DNA from: Phoronis australis
Lineage: Eukaryota; Animalia; Phoronida
DNA length: 64,000 nt
NCBI GenBank assembly: GCA_002633005.1
Contig: NMRA01000023.1
Span: 982,474-1,046,473, forward strand
Direction of reading: 5' to 3'
In this document: positions 25,685 through 39,165 of the stretch, one piece after another
Layout: the number at the start of each line of letters is the position of its first letter
How positions within the stretch are numbered: position 1 is the stretch's first letter
Program-made: the position numbers and the translations under genes
The notes under the pieces: generated by a model
Told to the model about the DNA's origin: nothing
The model's database searches: none
The model's input: the letters and a program-made list of their open reading frames with translations, nothing else

Positions 25685-26676
25685 CATAGGCGGATTTAGA
25701 GGAGCCCAGGGGGCCCGGACCCCACCCCCTTTGGCTGCCCCCAGAAATAAAACATAAAGAGCGTAGGGAAATGTTGAGTTTATTAATTTGCCCCGGTAAT
25801 TAAAATTATACGGATGAAAAAATATTTAAATGTGCGCAGTTTTAGTGTTTGAGGGAGGGGGGCTCAGATCCAATTTCACGTGTCAAAATCGGAACACGGC
25901 GCATTCGTAACGGAACTATGGCTAAGTGGAGGCTCTCCGCGATATCCCAGACGACCGGCAATGGCGCTGCGCACTACGACTGCGTTTCCGTCGTCTGCTA
26001 CTTCATTTTTAAAAGAAAATGGAACCTGAGTGACGATGAAGAAACAGAAGCTGCTGGTAAGATGTGAATTTTAAGCGAAGCCTCAGAAACTCATTAATTC
26101 TTTCTTTGTCAAACCTTAACTTAAGACGATTTCCAAAGCTATCCCGTCATTATTGCCAACACGAAAAACGGATTTGGTCTTTTGGGCATTTGAAGACTAC
26201 TTTAAATACAACAAATTTGTTAAGAATCGATTGCATAAAACATAAAACGTTTAATATGCATTCCAAAAACAAGTAGGTTTCGCGCGCAAACGCTGTGGAC
26301 CATAAAGAAGTAGGTATCATAGTTTAAAGTCAGTAGTGAAATCGTGGTGGTGTAGTGGTAAAGCACGCGCGTCCTATTAGCCAGGTCTTGAGTTCGAGTC
26401 TGTGAGTTCGAGTCTGTGGAACTTGCAGCTTTTCCTGTGTGACACGTTCTCCGTGTCTTTTTTTTTTCTTTTTTCTTGGATAATACATCAGAAATCAAGG
26501 AAAATGCTTGATTTTTAGAGGAAAAACAGAAAATTTTCCTGGGCGGGAGGGGGGCAAACTCCCCTCCCGACCTCCCCCCATTCGGTGCTATGCCCATCTA
26601 CAATCGTGGTTTGCGCAAATGCTTACAGCCGGATAAAATGTTGGACTCCCCTTGTGATATCCTAGATCCGCCACTG
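25685..26676. mobile_element. hAT-like non-autonomous element (CATAGGCGGATTTAG...CTAGATCCGCCACTG) nested in copy A
   Basis: Termini match the MITE family at 5197, 49861, 57978 and 58389. No TSD seen, so it may be composite. Confidence 0.55.
26341..26420 (+). other. tRNA-derived (SINE-head-like) sequence
   Basis: A-box TGGTGTAGTGG and B-box GAGTTCGAGTC (duplicated). No complete cloverleaf. Confidence 0.5.
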
Positions 26677-26969
26677 CAAGTGGCCACCTTTTTGCGTTTT
26701 TATTAAGAAATTCTAACGGTGCCGCCCAATGTGAAAGGGCCCAGTGTTGGAATTGATTACATCTATTTTCCTGTTTTTTTTGTGATGTGCTTTTATGGTG
26801 GAGGAGGTCACTCACTGCATCGTTTTGGGACCACACGAGGGTGAAATGAACTGTCCCCTTTTCCAAGCTTAACGATGTTTAGCCTTTCATCTTAAGGTGT
26901 CCCATTTCAGATGGTACCCTTTCTCGGTGGAGCAGTTCGGGGAAATGTCCCTTTGTCCCTCTATATACA

Positions 26970-27075
26970 TGTATATCTGCGCGTGCAGGCCAAGTGTACA
27001 CAGACGCTATATCTGCACGTGCACGACAGGTGTATACAGGCACTATGTCAGCGCGTGCACGACAGGTGTACACAA
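26970..27075. repeat. Short ~36-bp tandem repeat, 3 units
   Basis: TATATCTGCRCGTGCA..GTGTAYACA repeated three times. Confidence 0.7.
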
Positions 27076-29958
27076 ACAATTCTTGTTGATAAAATAAATT
27101 ACAAATGATTTTTTAAAATAGATTTATTTCGTCACTATTTCTAAGAATGGTATGGCATGTTATAAGGTGTTGATAAGAATTAATATTAACGAAAGGTGTA
27201 ATATAAGATCTAAGTTTTTCATCAGCCCTAGTAGGCTAATTTATACGATTTTTTTCACGGACCAAAAACGATCCGTAAACGATGATCAGACTGATATATG
27301 TGAACGATGATCAGTTTCATCAGAATTCATATCAACCAAAATGGAGGTGCAAGATTTTTACACAAGCATTACTTACATGTATGCTAAGTTCAGAAAATAT
27401 AATTAAGACAGTGAAGAAGACGAACTTTTACGTACAAGTTAATTAAGATTGACGGTAAATATAAGAGGCAAAACTAAGCCTTTGAACTAGCAAGGAGCAA
27501 TGTATAATGCATACTGTTGTATGCAACAGTCAGGGCACGGACTTCTGTGAACATCCTGAGGGGTTTAGGCTTACGTGTAGCTAGGATGGAGGGAGATTTG
27601 TCTCGTGCGGAACCCTCTCTGGAGAAGAGGAGGGAGAGGCGACACAATTCGTGATGATCGGCAGTAAACATTTTAGCATCAGAAATATTACATAGATTCA
27701 TTCAAGTAAGTTAGGCAATTAAAACACATTTTAAATAATAATCCACTGGTGCCACCTCCCGCCCCGAAGTGTTGTACCAGAGGGTTCCAGTTTACATGTA
27801 ATTCCGTCCTGCAGTCATGATTCAATTACTACTTATCAATTTCTGTAATTACATCACGTTTCGTCTGTAATAATTGATAAACGTAAATTGAAACATTAGA
27901 ACGTTCTAGAAACCACTTGTACATGTAGTTAGTTGTTGCAACAAGAGGAGGGTTACATATATCAAAATTGACAAATATCCGTGGCGTTGGCGCTGTTGGA
28001 TTTTGGAATTAAATGCTGAATGACGTCAATATGAACATGCGTCTTAAAACGCTACGCAATGTTGCCACAAGTCAAACTTTAATAATTCTTGTAAAACTAA
28101 TGATTGCCTAAAGGTATTTCAATAAACACAATATACATTCATTGACTGGCCGTAGTTTGGCGGGAAATGACGTGGTATGAAGATGATAACTGGTACGGAA
28201 CCGGTAACTATCACCTTCATTTGATGCACGACGTGGCACTGACTGAATGCATCAACCAAACATGTTACTTTTTGAAAATGCCCTCAAAAATGGACTTTTT
28301 CAAAACACCGTGTTTGCCATAGTCCTGTAAAAAAGCGAAATGAACCGTTCTACACGTTGTTCAAAGCACTTCTGTGGACATAGGGAAACGAAAACGTCTC
28401 TGTCTTACAACGCTGCATGTGCTTGGCATTTCTGACAAAGCGCTCTCATGCTGGAAGTTTTGTTAAGAGTAAGCACCGTCCCAAAAATTGTAGGTCTCGT
28501 TACAGCTGACCACAGAAGAATGATTCTACGATTTTAGGACTGAAACTGAATCAAATCTAGCGTGGTCACTCAATGGAGGTACAGAACTCGGGAAGAAGGG
28601 GGGCGGGGCAAAACAAGCATGATATTTTTATTTTGGAGTCTTAGTTGCCAGATGTCATTCAGCGTCAGTTACTACCTAAGGAGGCCAGGTCGTGCGCTAT
28701 AAACATCACCAGACGTTTTGCTTCTCAAAAAGTGTACCTTGGTGTATTTTCTTTCATTTCTTTCGGCATCGCATTCGCTTTACCAAAGATTCACGCACAG
28801 ATGCCGCGTATAGAGACAAATACCTCCTCACCACGTATTCGCATCTTCCCATTCAAAATTGTTTTATTTTATACAGTTTTGTCAATATGTTGTTGACAGA
28901 CAATATTTGTTTTTGGAACAACGTCAGCGACCAACTGATACATGTACATGTGCTGTAACTACGAGAGCAAATTTTACCGTCACCGATGCATGAATGCGCA
29001 AAGCTAAAATTGGTAGTAGCCTCAACAATGGTCATTCCGTGTTTGATGTCACTGTCTAAGTTCGTGGAAATCGTAACCATATGATTTCGAAGTTAGAGCC
29101 TTCCAAGTCCGTGGGCTTAGGACATAAAGTTCCATGTTTTTCACGTCTTGACTGCAAGGGTTAATACCGTGAAAATAAAATCTCCGGATCGAGTAAGAGC
29201 TCTTCGGTGCAACAACTGTTTCACTATCCCATCATCATGGGCGCGTGATAGGAGACCCGTGAGGAATTTTAAAAACGCAAACAGATGCAGTTCGGCGTAA
29301 CACAAACAAAAAACAAGTGTGGGCGAAGACTGTAAAATAAGCAGCTTTTACAAAATGACTACAGCGTTGTATTGACTTGGAAGTAGCCAATCTAATGCCA
29401 TATGTTAACGTCTGAAGCAAAAGATCAAATGTAAAGAAAACTTTAACGTTTTTTTATCTAAAACTTGTTCCGTTGTCCTTAATCCAATGTTCAATATTAT
29501 CGCTTGCCTCTTACCTTCGAATTAGTGGCGTCAATGAACACAACCGATGTGAACTCATGTAATGGAAACACAGTAAAACTAGGTTACGAGACGAATATGC
29601 ATCTGCACGCAAAGCGCTATCAGCCTGACAACCTATTACGCAACTGCTAGTTTAGCCTGAAAATAGCAAACGACTAGCGGGTCGGCTGGTGGCCAGTCGG
29701 TAATTCAAGGTCGGCTGTGAAGTCGGCTGGTGGGTCGCCTTATAAGTCGGCACTGCGGCCGACTGCCGGTCGGCTAAAAATTAGCCCACCGGTCGGCAGA
29801 TTTGCCTACCGGTCGACGACTAGCCGTCGTCGACTCCTAGACGACCCGTCGGACAAAAATTCGTGATGTGTGCTGTAGTTGTAACGTTCAACACATAAGA
29901 TGCTTTTTCCCTTTTCCAATTATTTCAGGGGTCTGCGTCACCGTTAGACATGTCGGAC

Positions 29959-30868
29959 TAATAGCGGAGTTGCAACCGAATCGATTTAACGATTGCGCAT
30001 GTCCGGAAATTAGGGTGCGCAAAGGCTACTGGGATTGTTGATGGTAAACGGGATGGCCGACTGGTTTGCACGACATGTAATTTGTGTGCATTAAATTACG
30101 CTGTTGTATGTAATTCTGCCGCTATTCGCCCTAATTAGCGCCCATGGCTCAACAAGTGCCCCAACGCGTTTTCAGACTTTGCTAAAGTAAGCGCCCAGCC
30201 CATGAACTACATGCGAAAAATGCCCTTACATACAGTTCTAACGTCTCCAATTTATCAATTGAAAGATCCGACAGCCTGAATTTGTAACGGACCACGAGCC
30301 TCACCGTTATGTCCGTACACTTCAAACTTACGCCGCGATTCAAAAAGAACGCAGAAGTTTTGCTGCTCTTGCGAGGGATGTGCCCCACTACGCGGGTCTG
30401 GACTTTGAAAACAGACACAGCGTACTTGTCAAAGAGCGGGATTGCATTGTTTCTTTCCAGTACAGATCTTCTCCGGCCTCAAACTTCTTTGTGCATGTGA
30501 AAACCGTGAATCGAAGACTAATAAAAAAANTTGGGCAGTTTCTAAGATACGTTTTCTTGCCGCCCTCAAAATGAGCGCTGCACATTTTATGCTACGAAGT
30601 CGGAAAGAATTCACGAAGTCGGCCTTTGCTACCAGCTCTTCCGATGTCTCTGACCCATGTTTAACGCTGTTCTTGATCCTTGGGAAACAGGTAGTAACTA
30701 ATTTTTTTATTTCGCCAACTGGTATTATAGCATGCCAGGCACACAACACGTATAACCTCCCTGTGGCCGGTTCGCCCACACGCTTGCCGACGTACTTGTT
30801 TACCAGCTTAACCACAATGCAACATTCTGACCCATTTCCAATATGGCGGCGTTGCAACTCCGCTATTA
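29959..30868 (-). mobile_element. Deleted TIR transposon with THAP and HIRAN-like relics (possibly PIF/Harbinger-ISL2EU group)
   Basis: Perfect 18-bp inverted ends TAATAGCGGAGTTGCAAC. THAP relic GGYTCCVPG/YNT..ISYYLFPKD..W..MCSAHFEGGKKTY (~30760-30530). HIRAN-like relic GFHMHKEV..FDKYAVSV..VVGHIPRK (~30505-30300). Confidence 0.75.
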
Positions 30869-32065
30869 AACAGTTAGAGAAGAGATCACATTTTGTTACT
30901 GACCCATTAAGGTTGGAGGCGAAAAAGGAAACAAGCAGCATTGTCTCCAAATTGCCCCTACATACTTGACGACGTGTTGGCTCACCCAAACCCTTTTCTT
31001 TCAAAAGTGATCACGTGTTAAGTGGTAATCAATTTAATCAGGTAAACACGATTTCGATTGACATTAACGGTGAAGGATTATTTACGTAAAAAGTAAGCGA
31101 ATCAGTAACATCTGACGAGTTTTTAATTTGTTATTTAACCAAAGTATAGAATGAATACTGAGCCGGTATTTTCATTTGCTTTTGATATGTAACTTCAGTC
31201 AGAGAAGATATTATGAGCTTCATTCAAACACTGATACAAATTTGAGTACTCGTTTTAGACAAAAACAATTTTCCCGCCGAGATCCTCAACCAGTTTGTTG
31301 TCCTCCCTCACTTTCTTAAATAATGTGTATCCCTGTTTATTAAACTTGTTATTATATAAATCCCATGTGTCGTGTAATGGGTTAATGTTAAAACCCTTTA
31401 GATAATTCGAGATGTTTCTTGTTCTTCATTCCTTTACAGTTCCAGCAGGTGATTGTCATTGTTACGCGTGACGGCTGGAGGGTTCCCTGTTCATGGTTCA
31501 ACTCGGCACATTGTTGATAATTCGCCAGGGATCACCTGCATAACGCAATACATTACCAGAATCCAAAATCATACACCATAGGGTATGTCTTCAATGATTA
31601 GCTTGTCTTAGTTCACTCTGCTAGTCTGCCGCTGTTTTTCGGGTGAAGTACAGCACACATCACGAATTTTTGTCCGACGGGTAGATGACCGGTCAACGAG
31701 CGGCCAGTTTTCAAACATTTAAAGCTTTCAGTTTGGACAGCTGCTTACCAAATGGGTGCAGATGATTTATACTAAACCAACAGAGTAAAAAATGGCGTCA
31801 TTGCAGATTATATTCCGACAGAAAGGGGCTTGACACATGGTGATTCCTTGCCAGGTCCATTATTTTGTTCAGCTGTTGAAGAGGAGGCCAATTACATGCG
31901 ATATAAGAAACTCATTAAATGCGTACATATTAAAAAAGAACTAATAATTCTCCAGTAGGCAGATGATACTACGTTTTATACCACAATATTAGCCTCGAAT
32001 GGCAGATACAACCGTGTAATAACCCATAAAGTTATCTCACTAATGAGATAACGTTTTGGCGGGAA

Positions 32066-32136
32066 ACCGAGGCCGGACTCGAACCCGGGCGCCTCAAGAG
32101 TTTCGAGTCGCCGACTTTACCACTACACCACTCAGC
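32066..32136 (-). other. tRNA-like or pseudo-tRNA sequence
   Basis: 71 nt with GCTGAG/CTCGGT acceptor-like pairing, A-box TGGTGTAGTGG and T-arm CCGGGTTCGAGTCCGG. D and anticodon stems are poor. Confidence 0.5.
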
Positions 32137-32194
32137 GACTGACGTCATCGAACGAGAAAATAGAATACTTAAATGAGCACGCGCAACAATCGCA

Positions 32195-32660
32195 TGTTTA
32201 GCAAAGGGCATTACACCGACATTCATACGCTTTGAAAAATAAGACGCATAATTTCCATAAAAACGATATTTTAATTCAGTGAAATTTTTATCTCGTGTTT
32301 TCTCACTTGTTAATCACCGATCTCCACTTTGAATGCGGGTATCGTGTCGTCGGGATCCTTTGACTTGAGCATTATAGCCAGTTACTAGTGGTAACCTACT
32401 TTAGCAGACGATATTTTCCCGGTCGAAGCTTAGCGTGATAAAATGTGTAGTAAGCTAAAATAGTTGCTAAACCTTAATTTACAGATTCACTTTATTTCTA
32501 TTTTGTTTTATTTTTCAATTGGTTTTGAGTAAAAGCATTACTTGACAAAAATAGCTCGGCTTTTCTTAAAAGGTCACGACCTCCGACCCCTGGCCTCTGA
32601 CATAGAAAGTAGTTACAAAGCCGGGGCGAGTCGAGAAAGGTAGATCGATTCCTTGCAATG
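32195..32660 (+). repeat. Dispersed repeat, second copy at ~52755-53055
   Basis: Shared TGAAAAATAAGACGCA..ATAAAAACGA and GGCCTCTGACATAGAAAGTAGTT..TCGAGAAAG.TAGATC. Confidence 0.75.
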
Positions 32661-32681
32661 TTTCTCGTTCAATATGTGGTA

Positions 32682-32851
32682 TAAATAGATTATTTCATGT
32701 TCTCAGTTGTTATCACCCTTATCTAGAGCCCTCGTGGATTTTGTAGAATAATCACCCTCGGGGCTAACGCCCCTTGAGCGATAATTCTCCAAAATCCACT
32801 CGGGCTCTAGGTAACGAGGGATAACGACTTCGCCATGTAATAATCTATTTA
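32682..32851. mobile_element. Palindromic MITE, Crypton-like non-autonomous element
   Basis: 170-bp fold-back: TAAATAGATTATT..CTAGAGCCC..GTGGATTTTG / CAAAATCCAC..GGGCTCTAG..AATAATCTATTTA, with a central CCCTCGGGCTAACGCCC. Confidence 0.65.
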
Positions 32852-33574
32852 AGTATCTACGAGATAAAAATTCGCCGTCTTGATCACTCTGTGGGTGGCG
32901 TTGTCGTCTGGACGAGTTTTTAATAGGTGGTAGTAAATCCGTGGGAGTTGGTATCGTCCACTATATCTGTTGAGGTTGGATTCATATGGAGCTATCTGGA
33001 TGGATTCTCCTACTCCTATCTCAAACCAGTTGGAATTAGAATCTTTACCGTTCAGACAAGAATCATACAAAAGTTGATATCACCCTTCGTTCTTAAAGTC
33101 TTACTCGGCACCATTACCGAGTATGAAACTGTGAATTGAGATAGATAATTTGAACCATACTGAAATTTTGGAAGATGCTGCTGCACTAATCAAATTAAGT
33201 GCTGGTCTCTCATTGGCTAAACTGAGTGACGTACCAGCGTGAATAATCAACGAAACGCGCGAACTTTTTCTATCCAGTAAAAATTGTCTGTTCGCCAAAT
33301 TTTTGCGTTATTTTAAGAAATTTACGCAAGGGTGAGGCGTTGTGCTTCTGGTGGATGCGAAAAAACCGCTTTCCCTCACGGGAGAATGGCTTCTCGATGA
33401 AATTGCGCACATTTGTGAGCGATCGATAGTACAGTATCGGACAAGACAGTTGAAGATGCCAGCCAGGCTTGCGAATTCGTTGGTTGGCAGCGACCACTTG
33501 AAAATGTGTTACATGGTTACAGGGGCACCAAAATTGTAGTTAGGGGGGGGTTATTAATCCCAAAATTTACTGGT

Positions 33575-34030
33575 TCAAATTGTTGTCTATGTATCAGCAA
33601 AGTAGATCCATTAAGGTCCACTTTCACACACTCCACAAAAAGAAAATGATCCGTTCCTTCATCGTCGACAACACCATGGTTAGGTATTTTGAACCGGATA
33701 CCTTACTTCGGAAAATTCTCGAAGCATTAATAATAAAAACTGAAACTCCTGACATAAATTCCCGAGATACTGGGTTCTATCGCACCGTGGAGTTATATAT
33801 ATATATAACGTCTATATTTATTAATACCAATATATTTCATTTAGTTCTACAACATTTTATAGTGGCTTAGTTTCCATGACAATTCATTCTGAAATTGTGC
33901 TCTTTAATATACTACATTATATCCGTGTTTAAAGTCATTGCTCTTGTGTCTTATCATACATCATAGCGTTTATAAATTTACATTTATTTGCTTGGATGAC
34001 TAAAGACTAGTCCAAGTAAAGCAGCTGTTC
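33575..34030 (+). mobile_element. Penelope-like element 3' fragment (GIY-YIG C-terminus)
   Basis: SIKVHF..IVDNT..LRKILEALIIKTETPDINSRDTG matches the EALxI..PxIN motif of PLE endonucleases. Confidence 0.65.
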
Positions 34031-35808
34031 TACTATGTTCAACTCACCACAAGACGAGAGACATTTATTTAGACAATGCAAAGGTTTGTTGAACAAACTA
34101 AGGCCAAGAACACCTTACTTTACAAGGAAACAGGCACACACACAAACATTCACACACCATTGGGTTCAAGTGTATTAAGTTTATCTATCCAAAATTTTCT
34201 CTTTTGAGTCTGTGAGTGGTATACATAGAAATACTACTGTCATATCCTAAGAAGAATTCATTTCATGGAAATTAATTAACTCCAATATGATGACATTACA
34301 TGCATCTTCTTCCGCAATTAGCCCACAGAAATGGCACGACTATTCCAAGGATTTGTTGAACTAATTTTTTCTGTTGACGAGTCTTTGAGAGAATTGGCAA
34401 CACAGGATATGGTTGAACACGATAGTTCCTGTGAAAAGAGTGCAAACAATTACCCATTTGATCTTTTCTTATTTTTTTATTTTGGTATTCATTATCATTT
34501 ACAAACAATTACAAAAACAAAACAAACAAAAAAGCACACCATTCATTCACGCATGCACACCTCAGGAAGACCATTCTCGTATCTCGTTTAAAGTAAATAT
34601 CTTCTACATGTAGTTAACATGAACAATAAAATTTTCCAATTCCGCAGAGAAGTTGTCACATACAAAGTTTTTATATGCAATTAATTTTTCAGCATTAAAG
34701 TAGGCCTACTCATAAGTTTTTGTAACAAACTTGTGAAAATTAGGTATATTTTTGTGACATCTCTCCTTGTAAATGTACTGTTTAGCTAGTAGAAGCAAAA
34801 TGTTGAATAGAAAATCATGCGTCTTGTAAAGTCCAAGAATAACACTATCGTAAGACGGCCAACTGATAGGCGTCTACGTGTACATGAAACTAGCCCAGAT
34901 TTTAACGTACACACCGATACATGAAAACGGAATGCGCAAAGCTACAATTGGCTGTAGCCTCAAAAGGGGTCATTCCGTGTTAGATGTCACCTTCTTAGTT
35001 CGTGGAAATCGTAACCATAGTATTATTGCGAAGTTAGAGCCATCGAAGTCCGTGGGTTTAGGGCATAGGCCTACTGGACCGTGAATTTCGCGTCTGTACT
35101 GCAAGGGTCAATACTATGAAAATAAAATCCCCGAAGTGAGAGCTCCTCGCGGTGTAACAACTCACTCACTAATCCATCATCATGGGCGCGTGATAGGAGA
35201 CCGGTGAATAATTTTAAAAAACGCAAAAATGATGCAGTTTGGCGTTACACAAACAAAATCAATTGTGGGCGGCGTTTACAAAATGACTACAGCGTTGTAT
35301 TGACCGGGAAGCAACCGATCTAATACAACTTGTTAACGTCACGAGTCAAATTAAATATCAAATGTAAAGAAAACTTTCACGTTTTTCATCCAAAACTTGT
35401 TGCATTGTCCATCATCCAATATTTACTATTACCGCTTGCCTTCAAACTTCGACTTAGTGGTGTGACACAAAGGAGTGAACTCATGTAACTGAGACAGCAA
35501 AACTAGGTTAATTTATTTGACCCTGTGCTATGACGAATATGCATCGACACGCAAAGTGGTATGACAACCCATTACGCAACTGCTACTCTAGCCTAAAAAT
35601 AGTAGCCGACTAGCTGGTCGGCTGATGGCCGGTCGGCAAAAAGGTCGGCTGAAGGGTCGGGTGGGGAGTCGTCTTAAGAGTCGGCATTGCGGGCGGCTGC
35701 CGGTCGGCTAATTTTTAGCCGACCGGTCGGCTAATTTGCCGACCGGACGACGGCCCGTCGTCAACCAATTTCCGACCGGGCGGACAAAAATTCGTGATGT
35801 GTGCTCTA

Positions 35809-38797
35809 TACATATTTCTAATACATCCTAAGCCTTTTACAAACCAAGGCTTATAAAAAAACACCTGTGCCTCCGATAGCCAAGTTACTATTAAACCACA
35901 AAGGTTGATTCAAGAAGTCCTCTTTACTCGCAACAATTATTTTCTTGTAGAAAGATAACATACTTCCAAACACGTAGCTCCAGTAGGAATTACCAATTAG
36001 AGTTAACTTCGAATTAATAAAGTCATCTCCAAATGCAGCAAAATTCTTTATGAACGGGTAGAGTGAGTACAGTAATTCACCACTTTTAGACGCAGGGCTT
36101 TCAAGATATCTACGGGCCATAGCGAGTTTTAAAGCTTTGGTAAAAGTATGCATATTAACCATTTGAATGCCCCCTTGATAAAGTCCCAAACAGGTCGTAG
36201 TTCGTTTAATTTTATCATTACGGGCCTGCCAGACAATTCTAAAAAATGTCGTATTCAATTTACCCAAGACTTTTACTGGTGGATTTGGTAAACTTGACAA
36301 CAAAAATTAAGTTTAGAAATAGCTAATGTTTTAATTACCGTTACTCTACCAAACGGCGTTAAATTTTGTCGACTCCAACTTTTTAGTAAATACTTGGTCT
36401 CAGTTATTCTTGCAGTGAAGTTCTTATGCGTCATGCTATCCAATTGAGTGTCAAAATCCACCCCCAAAATCTAAAAGATTTTTTTGTCTAAGACAGACTT
36501 TCTTTTGAAAATGTAGGAATCACGTCATCACTACCAGTTTTACTTCCAATCCATATGGCTTTTGTTTTATCCAAATTCACCTAGAGACCGGAGAAACTAG
36601 CAAATAAATGTAATACATTCAGTGTGGTAGTCAATGACAAACTCGATCCATCCAACGTAATTGATGTGTCGTCCGCATATTGCGAAATCAAACATTCCTT
36701 ATTCCCAGCAACTACACCAGCAATGCTTTTATTAATCTTGATTAAATACGCCAAAATCTCCTTGCACAATATAAAAATGTAGGGAGACAAAGGGTCACCT
36801 TGTCTGCAGCAACGCGAAATATTGAACGAAGAAGATGGGTGACCATGTACGACAACACAGGACTTAATATTACTGTAAAAGTCTTTCACCCACCTTCTGA
36901 TCGACCAACCAAAATTAAGGAAAGACAAAGTTTTTTGAATAAAATTCCACGACAATGAATCAAATGCATTCTCAAAATCAATCAGTAAAAGCAATTCAGG
37001 TTTGTTAGCTGCCTGGGCATAAAGCATTAAATCATTCAGCACTCGCTTATTTTCGTTCATATTTCTTCCAGAAACGAAACCGGTCTGGTCCTTACTGATT
37101 ACTTTTCCCAAAACGGATTTTAACCGTTCAGCCACTGCCGAAGAAGCCAATTTATATGTCACATTAAGTAAGGATATGGGTCTCCAGTTTTTTTAAATAA
37201 TGTTTACTTTTATCTGCTCCCTCAGGGATGCAGGTGATCACTCCCTCTTTCTGTGTTGAGGATAACTGGCCAACGGCAAAACCAGTATTAAGTGAGAGAA
37301 CAACGAAATGTCCAATGTCAGCAAAATAAAATTAAAAAATTCCACTGAAAAACCATCAGAGCCTGGGCTTTTGTTGTTTTTCATTTTTTTCAAGCATTGT
37401 ATGACTTCCTCATATATAAGAAGACCTTCTAATTTTTCTTTTTCTGTCTCATTCAGCTTGGAGACACAAACATTATCAAGAAGAATTTTTAAAAGGTACA
37501 TGTATTGTTAGACTGTCTATATTTGTATAGATTTTCATGAAAAGTTTTGGTTTCTCGAATAACCTCTTCTTCACTAATGGTTTTAGTATAATTGTCAGAT
37601 TTCTACAAAAAAGGCATAAACTTACTTGTGTAATGCCTATTTTCCAAGTGAAGAAAATATTTGGAATGTTTTTCACCTTCTTTAATCCATCTTGCTCTCG
37701 TCCTAGTCATAAGACCTCTTAACTTATTTTGCCTTAGCTCGGCAAGTAAATTATTTTTTTGTTCCAGTAGTTCCCTGTCAAGGCTTGGACTTTTTTTCAA
37801 AAAAGCTTATATCTTTGATAAATTGCTGTTCAACTCTATCACTTTTTCTTTTTAAGTAAGTAGCAAAGGATATTGTTTTGCCGCGAATCCCCATCAACAA
37901 AATTTCACGAAAAAATTCAATCATTTATAGACAATTGTAAATCTGAATTACTTGTACTATCAACTGTCTGAATGTCGTCTGTCATATACAGTTGTTTAAT
38001 TAGTTTAATAGTATTCTTGACTGCAGCAATATACTCGGAGTTTTCTTAGGAGAGAATTAATAAACTTCCAAAATGATTTTCTCCTCCTGGAAACATCAAT
38101 TTAAAAAAACGTTACCATTGAATGATCGGACCGGTAACTGAATTCTATAATGGAGTCGTCAATATCAGCTAAAAGATTTTCAGAAATTAGAAAAAATCTA
38201 GTCTGGTTCGTTTACTTCCAGCTCCCCATGTATATGCTTTACTACTGGGGTTTAGTTCCCGCCACACATCAACAATAGACGATTCTGTACAAATCTCCAT
38301 CAACTAATCCGTGACTTCGGGTTATTAACCTGTCGATAATTAAGCGTGTCCTTAGACAGATCGATAGCAAGATTAAAATCGCCTGCCCAAATAACAGAGT
38401 AATTTCCTATATCTTGAATATCTTGTTTTATTCTTTCAAAAAAGGACGGCGAGTCCCTATTTGGACAATACGTATTAATTAACGTAATTCTTGTCTCATT
38501 AATAGTAATATCCAAAATTAATTTATTACCATTGTAGTCTTGCCTAGTATTATGGAATTTATACTCAAAAGTGTTCTTAAAGAGGATCGCCACTCCACGA
38601 GAGTTTGAGGTACTTGAATTGAAAAAACATTCGTATCCCCACATTGATCTAATATTGTTTTCTCTTTATAAAGTATGTCCTGTAGACAATAAATGGAGTA
38701 TTCTTTTTCTCCTAAATAATTGAGGACATCTTTTCGTTTTTCATGGAGACCCCAGCCCTCTGCAGTTCAATGACGTTACTTTAAGTTCACCTCTCAT
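35809..38797 (-). mobile_element. L1/Tx1-clade LINE ORF2, heavily frameshifted and 3'-truncated
   Basis: APE motifs SLNCRGL, YCLQ, SRGVAILF, AGDFN and SDH. RT motifs KSPGSDG, DQTGF, IDFENAFD, RQGDPLSP and SQYADD. Confidence 0.9.
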
Positions 38798-39165
38798 CAA
38801 TACAACGGTTATGCACATATAATAAATGACAATCAAATAATAATGGTACAATCTTGACCCATTCACACCACATACACACAAAACAAAACAAAAACAATAC
38901 AAACACATCCACGAGCACATCATAGATTTCACAGAGTACACCATCGATGTGAAATATGATGTAACATAGGATAGAAAACACGTGAAAACTGATCCTCATG
39001 GTAAGGCTTATTCTCCCAGTATTTTTCATAATGAGACTATAATAAAAAACATTTAGAAACATTGCCCACACAGACTCATACAAAAAACAAGTAGAATGAA
39101 ATTTAAGGATAACTACATTTCAGTAAAGTAATTTGGCTTTATAGTATGTGTTTGAGACTTGTCGG

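Larger units (their letters stand above)
24580..29875 (+). mobile_element. Large TA-flanked non-autonomous TIR element, copy A (CAGCACACATCACGAATTTTTGTCCG family)
   Basis: 27-bp perfect TIR, TA at 24578-24579 and 29876-29877, GTCGGC/GCCGAC subterminal repeats, and arms shared with other copies. Confidence 0.85.
31651..35806 (+). mobile_element. CAGCACA-TIR family copy B
   Basis: TA-CAGCACACATCACGAATTTTTGTCCG at 31651 and an inverted end at 35806 followed by TA. Right arm ~34870-35806 is homologous to ~28960-29875. Confidence 0.7.

Noticed and set aside
28230-28400. THAP relic (CSKHF) inside copy A
   Set aside because: Only a five-residue motif is recognisable, which is too little to call.
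30429-31004. 191-aa and 175-aa ORFs
   Set aside because: They are off-frame or antisense to the THAP relic and cross the element boundary.
32066-32136. Functional tRNA gene
   Set aside because: The D and anticodon stems do not pair properly, so it is kept only as tRNA-like.
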